A stretch of DNA of 59,428 nt from a virus. Its lineage: Duplodnaviria > Caudoviricetes. A program made the translations under genes and the position numbers. Within the stretch, counting starts at the first letter, position 1; each line of letters opens with the position of its first letter. Below are positions 19,006-27,119 of this stretch, piece after piece. A model generated the notes under the pieces. It made no database searches. It was not told the origin of the DNA and saw nothing but the letters and a program-made list of their open reading frames with translations. Location of the stretch: positions 1-59,428 of the IMG/VR virus record IMGVR_UViG_3300027787_000003; one strand, given 5' to 3'.

Positions 19006-19278
19006 ATGAACCCCACAAACGTCGAAGCATTCGAGTTTGCCCTGTGGTACGAGTGGACCGGCGACGATCCCAGCGACCCGTCGGCCACCTGGACAGGCAC
19101 GCGCTACGTGCTCGGCGAGGGCCAGGCCGGTCTCGATCAAGCCCTGGCCGAGCTGGACAACATTCAGGGCTACATCGACGCGGGCTACGTGACCAACGTG
19201 CGCGCGGTGGCGGTGCGGTACGCCTCGATTCAGACCTGGACCGACTGGCAGACCGAGGGCGGCTCGCTGAGCAACTAG
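19006..19278 (+). CDS. Small tail-associated protein
   Basis: 90 aa. FEFALWYEWTG start resembles 13967. Confidence 0.6.
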   Translation: MNPTNVEAFEFALWYEWTGDDPSDPSATWTGTRYVLGEGQAGLDQALAELDNIQGYIDAGYVTNVRAVAVRYASIQTWTDWQTEGGSLSN

Positions 19279-19279
19279 C

Positions 19280-19537
19280 TCAGGCGACGTCCCTGTAGCG
19301 CCGCTCGCGGGTCTCGCGCTGCCGCTCGCGGGTGATCCGCTCGGCGAAGGGTGGTTGTGAGGGCTGAGGCCCGAGCGACCGGGAGCGGGCATCTGAGGGC
19401 CGATCGAGGATCGGTCGCAGCACGCTCGCGACGATCATCGCCAGGCCGAACGCCCAGACCACCCAGGCGCGGCGGTAGTCGGAGTCCAGCCCGGCGACGA
19501 ACACCAGGGCACCGGCCAGGAACAGGCGCACGTTCAC
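19280..19537 (-). CDS. Small membrane protein (2 TM, basic tail)
   Basis: Two hydrophobic segments and an Arg-rich C-terminus. Confidence 0.6.
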   Translation of the reverse strand: MNVRLFLAGALVFVAGLDSDYRRAWVVWAFGLAMIVASVLRPILDRPSDARSRSLGPQPSQPPFAERITRERQRETRERRYRDVA

Positions 19538-19541
19538 GGCG

Positions 19542-19748
19542 TTACCGCCCGCCCCACCATCCGCGACCGGGGCGCTCGGCGTGCCAGGCGTCGATGGTCT
19601 CGGGCAGCCAGCCCTTGTGGACGCCCACCTCGACGTCGTGCGGCGGGAGCGCGATCCCGTTCAGGTTGCGGACGTTCTTGATCCCGATGCGGTGGGCCAC
19701 CTCGGTTCGGCTGAGGTAATGGCGCACCTCAGTCTTGGTCGCGGTCAT
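19542..19748 (-). CDS. AlpA/excisionase-like HTH DNA-binding protein
   Basis: YLSRTEVAHRIG..GWLPETIDAW. AAAGGAG RBS 6 nt before ATG 19748. Confidence 0.7.
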   Translation of the reverse strand: MTATKTEVRHYLSRTEVAHRIGIKNVRNLNGIALPPHDVEVGVHKGWLPETIDAWHAERPGRGWWGGR

Positions 19749-20152
19749 CACGCGCTCCTTTCGACTTTCCCGACAATGGTAAGGGTGATCGGGGCGTCCT
19801 CGGAAGCCTCGACGGCGGCGCGCCCGGCGACCAGGCGGTGCCATTCGTCACGCTCGGCCTCGGGCTTGCGCGTGTCCACCTCGTAGCTGAGGGCCAGCCC
19901 GCCGCGCTTGTCGGCCTCCTCGATCAGGAGGTCCACGTCGGCGGCGAACTTGTCGCTCAGGGCCTCGACCTTGGCGACGAACCCAGGCGGGGCGGGGTTC
20001 GACCCGGCCTCGATGCGCTGGTAGTCGCGCCGGTCGAAGTCGAGGCGGCGGGCGATGTCGCGCTGGCTGAGGCCCATGTAGAGCCGGTGAGCGCGAATCA
20101 GCTCGCCCTGGCCTCGATCGCCGTGGAGCTGGGTCGCCTTGGTGACGGTCAT
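19748..20152 (-). CDS. Xre-family HTH DNA-binding protein
   Basis: LIRAHRLYMGLSQRDIARRLDFDRRDYQRIEAG. GGAAGGAAAG RBS before ATG 20152. Confidence 0.8.
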   Translation of the reverse strand: MTVTKATQLHGDRGQGELIRAHRLYMGLSQRDIARRLDFDRRDYQRIEAGSNPAPPGFVAKVEALSDKFAADVDLLIEEADKRGGLALSYEVDTRKPEAERDEWHRLVAGRAAVEASEDAPITLTIVGKVERSA

Positions 20153-20171
20153 CTGCTTTCCTTCCGTGGTT

Positions 20172-20200
20172 GATCCCCGGCCCTGGGAGGGCCGGGGATC
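20172..20200. other. Perfect 13-bp inverted repeat (hairpin) just 5' of an RBS
   Basis: GATCCCCGGCCCT-GGG-AGGGCCGGGGATC, no U-tract. Confidence 0.7.
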
Positions 20201-20232
20201 GTGGTCGTGGGTCGAGCGGTGAGCGGCGGTGC

Positions 20233-21045
20233 TCACCACCCGTTCTTCTGGGCACAGACCGGGCCGATCCCGCGTGCCCGGCTGTCGTCGTTCGTGAGGG
20301 TCCGCCCGCACACGCCGCACTCGCCGATTTCGTGGCCGTAGCGGGCGCTCGCCGCCTCGGCACCGGCCTCGGCGATCTTGGCCATGATCGCCTTGCTGGC
20401 GGCGAAGCTCATGCGCTGCTCGCCGTCGCTGATCATCAGCTTGACGAACACGTACCCGGCCCAGCGGCCTTCGGTCGGGCGATCGACCTTGTAGAACGCG
20501 AGTTCGTTGGTCGCGCCGTCCTCGGTCTCGATGGCGTAGCGCCCGGCGGGCACGACGTCGATCGAGGGGAACGCCGCGCCGCGATCGCTGGCGACCGCCG
20601 CCTTCGCGCTGGCGACGTTGGCCTCCTCGACGGCGCTGCGGGTGTTCTTGAACTCCAGCCCGCCCAGCAGGTCGATCAGCTTCGACGCGCCCGCCTTGGT
20701 CAGCGGCTTCGAGTCGGCGGGGTCGCGCTCATCGTTGACCGCCGCGTCGAACCCGTACGACATGAGCTGGTGGAACGTCGCGTGCAGGTCATCGCGGTCA
20801 TCGAGGGCGATGTCCAGGTTGCCGATGATCTTCTCAGCCGACGGGCCGTGCTCGGTGATTTCGGCGGCGATACGCAGCGTGACCGCGATCGTGGCGATGC
20901 GGCGCACCCAGCTATCGGCGAGGCCCGCGTTCTGCCAGTTGCGGTCGGTGACCATCGGCAGCAGCGCGTTGCGGAGCTGGCGGTCGGTGGCGAGCACCTG
21001 AAGGCTGGCCGGGGCGCTGGAGCTGGAGGCGAAGGGTGATCCCAT
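20233..21045 (-). CDS. Protein with C-terminal zinc-ribbon (DUF6011-like)
   Basis: CGVCGRTLTNDDSRARGIGPVC at the C-terminus, AGGA RBS. Confidence 0.7.
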   Translation of the reverse strand: MGSPFASSSSAPASLQVLATDRQLRNALLPMVTDRNWQNAGLADSWVRRIATIAVTLRIAAEITEHGPSAEKIIGNLDIALDDRDDLHATFHQLMSYGFDAAVNDERDPADSKPLTKAGASKLIDLLGGLEFKNTRSAVEEANVASAKAAVASDRGAAFPSIDVVPAGRYAIETEDGATNELAFYKVDRPTEGRWAGYVFVKLMISDGEQRMSFAASKAIMAKIAEAGAEAASARYGHEIGECGVCGRTLTNDDSRARGIGPVCAQKNGW

Positions 21046-21091
21046 TGTCGTGTCCTATCGTGTGGGGCGGGCCATTCCCGCCGACCCCGTA

Positions 21092-21121
21092 AGACTAGCC
21101 TGTCGATGTCGGGTTAGTCAA
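21092..21121 (-). promoter_or_regulatory. SigA-like promoter with operator in the spacer (copy 1)
   Basis: - strand TTGACT-AACCCGACATCGACAGGC-TAGTCT, 18-bp spacer. Confidence 0.8.
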
Positions 21122-21154
21122 CCCGTTTCACCGGGCCGGTCTACGCTGGGCGTC

Positions 21155-22726
21155 GTGTCGTTCGTCTGGAAGGCTGACCGCCCGCTGCTCTCCGAGGAGG
21201 AGATAGCCCGCATCGTTCACCAGGTCAGCCTCGAACGCGACCTGGACGAGCTGGCCAGCGTGCTCGCGCTGATGTGCATTCGCCAGGAGAGCGCGTTCTG
21301 GTGCCCCTGGAATCGCAAAGACCCGTCGAGCGAGAAGTACCCTCACGACTCCGAGAGCGACGACGGTCGCTCGGTGGCCTACTACCAGCAGCAGAACGGT
21401 CGAGCGGGCGAGGTGTTGCCGCCCGGCGACCGGGACAACTGGTGGGGACCGATGTCGTGTCGGATGGACCTGCGGTGCTCGACCAACACGTTCCTCGAAC
21501 GGCTCAGCGACGACTACCGAGGCGTGACCAACGGCGTTCAGGCCGGGCGGTTCGTCCAGCGGGTCCAAGGCTCGGCGTACCCCGACGCCTACGCCAAGCA
21601 CTGGGACTACTGCTGGGCGCTGCTCCATCGCGCGCTCGACGGCGGCGTGCAGAACCCGCCGGTCGTCGTCACCCCGAAGCCCGCCGACCCGCGTCCCGCC
21701 CCGGCGATCAAGCCGAACCCGGCCTGGCGCGGCGATCCGATCTGGCTGCCTGAGGTGTTGCGCGCGTTCGGCGTCGAGGTGTACGAGGTCGAGGGCGCTC
21801 GCGAGCGCGGCCACGGCGATTTCGCGGCCATCCCCTGGGTGCTGTGGCACCACACGGGCAACGTGAACGAGACCGACGACGGGATCGCTCACCACCCGAG
21901 CCTCGGCCTGGCGGCGAACATGCTGATCCATCCCGACGGTCGGGTGGCGATCACCGGGTTCGGCATCGCCTGGCACGGCGGCGTCGGCATCTACCCCGGC
22001 ATCCCCGAGGACTCGATTAACCAGCTCTCCATCGGCATCGAGTGCGCGCACAGCGGCGCTCACGGCGACCCGTGGCCCGCCCGCCAGATGGAAGCGATGA
22101 TCCGCGTCGGCGCGGCGATCGCGTGGTTCACCGGCCAGGACGCGCGCCGGTACCAGATCGCGCACAAGGAGTGGGCCGGGGCGGACAACCCGCTCGGCAT
22201 CAATAAGCAGGGCAAGCCCGACCCTATCGACATCGACATGCGATGGTTCCGTGACCAGATCGCCCAGCGGGCGGCGGCGGGACCGACTGGCGACACAACC
22301 ACAGGAGAGGATGACTGGCTGATGGCCGTAGACACCGATCGCCTGAACAAGGCGGTGGACAAGATTCTCGGCGGCGGCTCGATGCCGAACGCCTGGGCCT
22401 CGCGCTCGATCTTCGCCCGCGACGGGGCGGGCGTCGATGACACCGTGGGGATGCTGCTGCACACCGACGGCAACGGCCACACCGAGAAGGTCATCCTCGG
22501 CGCGCTGATCGGATACCCCGAGTACGTCGCCGACGTGCGCCGGGTCGCCGCCGACGGGCCAGCGCCGGGCAGCTACGCCGCCGAGAACTACTTCGAGGCG
22601 GCTCAGGAGTTCGCCCAGAAGCTCGAACCGCTGTGCGGCAAGCTCGCCGACCTGCTGACGTCATTTGACGCGCCAGCGGCGAAGCCAGCGGCCAAGAAAG
22701 CGCCCGCCAAGAAGGCGGCGCGCTGA
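21155..22726 (+). CDS. lysA: Lysin A (N-terminal catalytic domain + Zn amidase + C-terminal domain)
   Basis: Amidase motifs HHTG, AWHGG, SIGIE, HKEWA, KPDP. GTG at 21155 chosen. Ends in a PAAKKAPAKK basic tail. Confidence 0.9.
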   Translation: MSFVWKADRPLLSEEEIARIVHQVSLERDLDELASVLALMCIRQESAFWCPWNRKDPSSEKYPHDSESDDGRSVAYYQQQNGRAGEVLPPGDRDNWWGPMSCRMDLRCSTNTFLERLSDDYRGVTNGVQAGRFVQRVQGSAYPDAYAKHWDYCWALLHRALDGGVQNPPVVVTPKPADPRPAPAIKPNPAWRGDPIWLPEVLRAFGVEVYEVEGARERGHGDFAAIPWVLWHHTGNVNETDDGIAHHPSLGLAANMLIHPDGRVAITGFGIAWHGGVGIYPGIPEDSINQLSIGIECAHSGAHGDPWPARQMEAMIRVGAAIAWFTGQDARRYQIAHKEWAGADNPLGINKQGKPDPIDIDMRWFRDQIAQRAAAGPTGDTTTGEDDWLMAVDTDRLNKAVDKILGGGSMPNAWASRSIFARDGAGVDDTVGMLLHTDGNGHTEKVILGALIGYPEYVADVRRVAADGPAPGSYAAENYFEAAQEFAQKLEPLCGKLADLLTSFDAPAAKPAAKKAPAKKAAR

Positions 22727-23925
22727 TGGCTCACGACGACCAGGGGAAGTGGATCGGCTACGGCGAGGGCGATCGCGGCCCTGAGGTGACCAAGATCGAG
22801 CGCCGCCTGGCGCTGGCCTACCCCAAGAACAGCCACGCCGCCGAGTACGGCGTCCAGGTGGACGACTATTTCGACCAGGCGACCGAGCTGGCGCTGCGGG
22901 AGCTGACCATGTTTATGAACGCCGACCCGCGCGAGCGCGAGCGGCTGATGAAGCTCAAGGTCAAGCTCCCGATGCGAACCGACGGCGTGGCCGACCTCAA
23001 CGTGCGGACGGCGATCGGCGCGTACGTGCCGCCGCCGCCGGTCGCGCCGCGCCAGAAGTACCCGTGCCAGGGTGTCTGGGCGGACAGCCGCGCGTTCCTC
23101 AACCCGCCCGACGCTCACTCGTTCGAGAAGGCGACCAACGATTTCGCGAACGAGGGCTTCCGGCTCTACGAGGGCATGGTCGGTCGGCCTATCTGGGTGC
23201 TCGGGTACTCGATGGGCGGCACCAGCGTCCAGAAGTTCCTGACGCGCCTGAGGCCCGAATGGCGTCAGCACGTCGTCGGGGTCTCGACGTTCGGCGACCC
23301 GTGTATGCCCGCCGAGGGATCGCTGAACGGCGACACGACCGGCGAGGGCATCAGCCGCACCCCGCAGCCGACCTGGGTCCGCGACCGCTACTGGTCGTAC
23401 GCCATCCCCGGCGACTGGTACCCGCAGGCCCGAGGGCTGCTGTTTCTGCTCTACAAGATTCTGACCAAGGCCGAGCTGACGCTGGACTTCGCGAGCTATC
23501 TGTTCACTCAGTTCCCCTCGGACGCGATGCAGGAGCTGATGGGCCAGAAGCCGACCAGCTCATCGAACCCGCTCGACCAAGCTCTGAACGGCGTGCTCGC
23601 GCCGCTGGCGGGGATGATGACCAGCGGCCCGCTCGGCGTGATTGGCTCGCTGCTGACCCCGTTCGGCCTGATGGCTCAGCTCCCGAACCTGGTCTATCTG
23701 CTGTTCGACGCCATCAAGTTCATCGCGACCAACGCCCACGGTCAGTACGCCGACCCGGCTCAGGCCAACTGGGACGGCATGGTCGCCGTCGATCACGCCG
23801 CCCAGATGATCCGCGAGCACGCGCCCGGCGGCGCGACGTGTTTCCTGTTCCCCGGCACCTGGTCGAACTGGGACCAGCTTTTCCAGTTCGACACCTGGGT
23901 CAGGGTCAGCGGCGACACGCTGTAG
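22726..23925 (+). CDS. lysB: Lysin B (cutinase-like esterase)
   Basis: GYSMGG nucleophile elbow, FGDP, GDWY and a C-terminal His. N-terminal peptidoglycan-binding-like region. Coupled to lysA. Confidence 0.9.
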   Translation: MAHDDQGKWIGYGEGDRGPEVTKIERRLALAYPKNSHAAEYGVQVDDYFDQATELALRELTMFMNADPRERERLMKLKVKLPMRTDGVADLNVRTAIGAYVPPPPVAPRQKYPCQGVWADSRAFLNPPDAHSFEKATNDFANEGFRLYEGMVGRPIWVLGYSMGGTSVQKFLTRLRPEWRQHVVGVSTFGDPCMPAEGSLNGDTTGEGISRTPQPTWVRDRYWSYAIPGDWYPQARGLLFLLYKILTKAELTLDFASYLFTQFPSDAMQELMGQKPTSSSNPLDQALNGVLAPLAGMMTSGPLGVIGSLLTPFGLMAQLPNLVYLLFDAIKFIATNAHGQYADPAQANWDGMVAVDHAAQMIREHAPGGATCFLFPGTWSNWDQLFQFDTWVRVSGDTL

Positions 23926-24010
23926 CCGTCCAGAGCGTATCGCCTTGTCCACCTGATGGTCTGGCGTCTAACCTGATCGACAGACCGACGTGGTTGTGGG
24001 TCCAGCGAGC

Positions 24011-24044
24011 GAACCCCGGCCTCCCATCAGGGAGACCGGGGTTC
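24011..24044. terminator. Hairpin terminator between convergent operons
   Basis: GAACCCCGGCCTCCC-ATCA-GGGAGACCGGGGTTC followed by GTCGTTT. Confidence 0.7.
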
Positions 24045-24066
24045 GTCGTTTCACCCGAGGCCGGGC

Positions 24067-24687
24067 TTACTTGGCGGCGGCAGCCTTGTTCCGCCACTCC
24101 TGGTAGATCGCCTTGTCCTCATCGGACCCGGCGACCAGGATGTACGGCGCGGACTGGCCGGGCTTCTTGTTGCCCTTGACCAGCCGACCGAGCAGCCAGG
24201 CGGTGCCGTTGTCGAGCGCCTTCTTGAACTCGCGAACGAGCGCCTGCTGGAAGGCGAGAACGTCGTCCAGACGCTCGCCGACCTCGAACGGCTCGAACGG
24301 CTCGACGTCGCCGTCCTTGTTGATGATGGCGAACTGGCCATCATCGAGGGCGACGGCGGTCTGGCTGTTCGGCTGACCCGGCTCGGGCACCGTGAGCGGG
24401 ATGATGTCCACCCGCACGAACTCGCTCTCGGGCTTGTCCGAGTTGTTCGTGGAGGTCTTCATCGACCCGTGCTCGGTCGGGTGGACGAGGATGAGCTGGC
24501 CCAAGAAGTACTGCATCTTGTGGCCGCTGATCCCCGACGGATCGGCAGCGGCGAACGGGTCGCCCTTGCTGATCGGCTTGTCCTCGCCGAGGTTCGTCGC
24601 GTCGGGCAGATCGTCCTTGGCGGGCGCAGCCTTGGCGGCGGGAGCGGTGGCGGCAGCGCCACCCTTGTTGAACGGTGAACCGGCCAT
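24067..24687 (-). CDS. Hypothetical replication-region protein (possible ssDNA-binding protein)
   Basis: 206 aa, AAGGAG RBS, downstream of the exonuclease. Function inferred from position only. Confidence 0.6.
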   Translation of the reverse strand: MAGSPFNKGGAAATAPAAKAAPAKDDLPDATNLGEDKPISKGDPFAAADPSGISGHKMQYFLGQLILVHPTEHGSMKTSTNNSDKPESEFVRVDIIPLTVPEPGQPNSQTAVALDDGQFAIINKDGDVEPFEPFEVGERLDDVLAFQQALVREFKKALDNGTAWLLGRLVKGNKKPGQSAPYILVAGSDEDKAIYQEWRNKAAAAK

Positions 24688-24790
24688 GATGGCGGTCTCC
24701 TTCTGTCGTGCGCGTGCGGGTTTGCGTGCGCGGATGGGTGATCGGGCGTGATGCCGCGCGACCGAGGTCGCCGCCAGCCCGAGGGACGGG

Positions 24791-26095
24791 TTACAGCAAG
24801 CTCGCGATGTTGGCCGCGAACTCCCCCAGGGCGTCGTCCCAGACGTCCTGGTAGGTCTCGAACACCGCCTGGCCCTCAGCGGGCGAGGTGATGGCGCTCA
24901 GCGCGTTTCGCGCCTCGCAGTACCGGATGGCCTCAGGCGAGGGGACCGGGATGGCGTGCTTGGGCACCTCGACCTTGGCCTCCTTGCGGCGGCGGCGCGT
25001 GTCGAGGCTGGCGACCATCGTTTCGGCTCCCCAGTAGCGGTCGATGGTGATGGCGGCGGCGTTCTCGGGCCGGTCGCTGGGGATGTGCAGCAGCACCGCG
25101 AAGTCGTCGCGAATCTCGGGCATCGGCTCCCAGGAGCGACCGTCGTCGCTGAGCACCTTGGTCGCCCAGCCGTACACGCCGCCGACCTGCACGCCGTAGC
25201 TCAGCCAGGAGTACTTCAAATCCTTGTTCGTCTTGACGTCGAGCAGCACCAGCTCGCCGGTCGTGAGCAGCCGACCAATGCCGTCGATCTTCCCGGCCAC
25301 GGTCTCCTCGCCCTGGTCGTTCAGGATCGTGCGCTCGGTGTACTCGGGCAACACGACGATGCCCCGGTGAGCGAGCACCTTCAGCCCGTAGGTGACGTGA
25401 GGCAACACGATGTCGGGCACCTGGCTCAGCAGCGCCGTCCCGGCGTTCACAGCGCCCAGCCAGGCGTGCGCGCACTCGCCCAGCTCGCGGGCCTCAGCGC
25501 CGCCCATGATGTTGTCGATGACGTCGAGCACCGTGTCGATGGCGGTCACCTTCGACCCGTTCATCGCATCGACCAGGTTGCCCAGGCAGTCGGCGGCGGT
25601 GGTCTCGCCCGTGTCGTCAGACCAGACCACGGTCGCCGGGTCCATCGTGGCGAGCTGGAAGATTCGCACGGCGGTCTCGCGGCGCTTCCAGCGGCTCAGC
25701 CCGTAGGTGTCGTCCAGGGTGTCGGCGATCGTCGTCGCCCTGGGAAAGCCCGTCGGTCGGCCCGTCGTCGGCGAGGGGAGCTGGTACCAGCCCCAGCCGT
25801 TGAACTTGCTCACCGGGCGCGGCGGCTCGGGCGGCAGCGGGTAGCGCATCCATTGGGTGAAGCGCGGTGGGCTGTACTCCTCGAAGTCGTCGGTCAGCGC
25901 GGTCATGGTGGTCTCCTCGGTGGTTGTCGGTGCTTGGTCGGTCTCGATGACGGGCGGCGCGCCCGGCTCGAAGTAGCTCGGATGGGCGTACTCGGCGATG
26001 GCGCTCCAGCCGTCCTGAGCGCCGCTGCCCGAGCGCCGCCATACGGTGCCGTCGGGCTGGCGGCGGGCCGGGTACTGCTCGGCGACGGTGCTCAT
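24791..26095 (-). CDS. PD-(D/E)XK RecB/Cas4-like exonuclease
   Basis: GECAHAW, ERTI, AGKIDG, LLDVKT, YGVQ. Alternative start at 25906. Confidence 0.8.
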   Translation of the reverse strand: MSTVAEQYPARRQPDGTVWRRSGSGAQDGWSAIAEYAHPSYFEPGAPPVIETDQAPTTTEETTMTALTDDFEEYSPPRFTQWMRYPLPPEPPRPVSKFNGWGWYQLPSPTTGRPTGFPRATTIADTLDDTYGLSRWKRRETAVRIFQLATMDPATVVWSDDTGETTAADCLGNLVDAMNGSKVTAIDTVLDVIDNIMGGAEARELGECAHAWLGAVNAGTALLSQVPDIVLPHVTYGLKVLAHRGIVVLPEYTERTILNDQGEETVAGKIDGIGRLLTTGELVLLDVKTNKDLKYSWLSYGVQVGGVYGWATKVLSDDGRSWEPMPEIRDDFAVLLHIPSDRPENAAAITIDRYWGAETMVASLDTRRRRKEAKVEVPKHAIPVPSPEAIRYCEARNALSAITSPAEGQAVFETYQDVWDDALGEFAANIASLL

Positions 26096-26559
26096 CGGCC
26101 CGCCATCAGGTCGCCGTAGTCGAACCGATCGCCCAGGGCGTCGGTGATCGTCACCGGGTCACCCTCCAGTTCCAGGCAGCGGTTGTCGAAGATCACCGCG
26201 TACTTCGGGACGGTCAGGTTGCCGCCGACCCAGCCGACCCCGGCGGTCGTGAGCCGCCACCAGCCGGTGCGCGTCGAGCCGTCGGGCCTCACCTCAGCAT
26301 CGCGCTCGATGAGTCCCCAGTGGCGCGTCAGAACCTCGTCCTGGCCCGCCGAGCGGATCGACGGCAGATGCACCCAGCCCTGGCGATGGCCGGTCCACAT
26401 CTCCACCAGCACGCGCGCCATCGAGGCGGTGATCTTGCGCCGGTAGACCTTGACGTTCTGAGTGCAGCACGGGCACTCGGCTCCCTCGTCGTACATGCGG
26501 GCTTCGAGCCAGTCGCGGCCCTCGCCGATGGTGGCCTCCAGGCCGGGCGTGTCAGTCAT
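26092..26559 (-). CDS. Hypothetical protein (CPCC + winged-helix-like)
   Basis: 155 aa, overlaps both neighbours. Confidence 0.65.
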   Translation of the reverse strand: MTDTPGLEATIGEGRDWLEARMYDEGAECPCCTQNVKVYRRKITASMARVLVEMWTGHRQGWVHLPSIRSAGQDEVLTRHWGLIERDAEVRPDGSTRTGWWRLTTAGVGWVGGNLTVPKYAVIFDNRCLELEGDPVTITDALGDRFDYGDLMAGR

Positions 26560-27076
26560 GGACCACGACCGCCCTGAAGATGCCGTTGTTACCGGGGTTC
26601 TCGGCCAGGCCCTTCTCGACCAGGCGGTGCAGCCGCGAGCTGGCGGTGCTGGCCTTCAGGTCGGCCTGGCGGGCGTAGGCCCGATAGTGGATGCCGCCCT
26701 CGGCCCGGTAGCGGTCGAACAGGAAGCAGTAGGCGTCGAACAGCCGCTCGCCAAGCTCATCGACCCCGGCGGGGCACTTGATTCCCGGCGGCTGGCTGTG
26801 CGCCTCGCTGGCGATGGCGTGCGGGGCAGGGTGGTTAGACCCGAACGGGCCTCCCGTCGGCTCAGCGGGGCGCTCAGCGGCTTTCTTCGGCGGCTCGACG
26901 GGCGCGGGCGGCGTCGGCTCGGGGTCGGGCACGGCGATCAGGCGCGGCGGCACGTCGGGCGTCATGGCCTCGGCGGCGTCGGCCTCGGTCACGGGGAACT
27001 GAATCGGCGGTGACAGGCCCGCCAGCGCCAGTAGCGCGCGGCGGTCGTCATCGTCCTCGGCGATGAGTAGCTTCAC
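26552..27076 (-). CDS. Winged-HTH-like DNA-binding protein
   Basis: C-terminal YRAYARQADLKASTASSRLHRLVEKGL. GAAGGA RBS. Confidence 0.65.
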   Translation of the reverse strand: MKLLIAEDDDDRRALLALAGLSPPIQFPVTEADAAEAMTPDVPPRLIAVPDPEPTPPAPVEPPKKAAERPAEPTGGPFGSNHPAPHAIASEAHSQPPGIKCPAGVDELGERLFDAYCFLFDRYRAEGGIHYRAYARQADLKASTASSRLHRLVEKGLAENPGNNGIFRAVVVHD

Positions 27077-27119
27077 GGTCGGTCCTTCGTGGTTGTGGTT
27101 GTGGTCGAGCGCCGGGGCA

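Noticed and set aside
19542-20152. Immunity/integration cassette
   Set aside because: HTH genes are present but no tyrosine or serine integrase or attP-like site was seen in the window.
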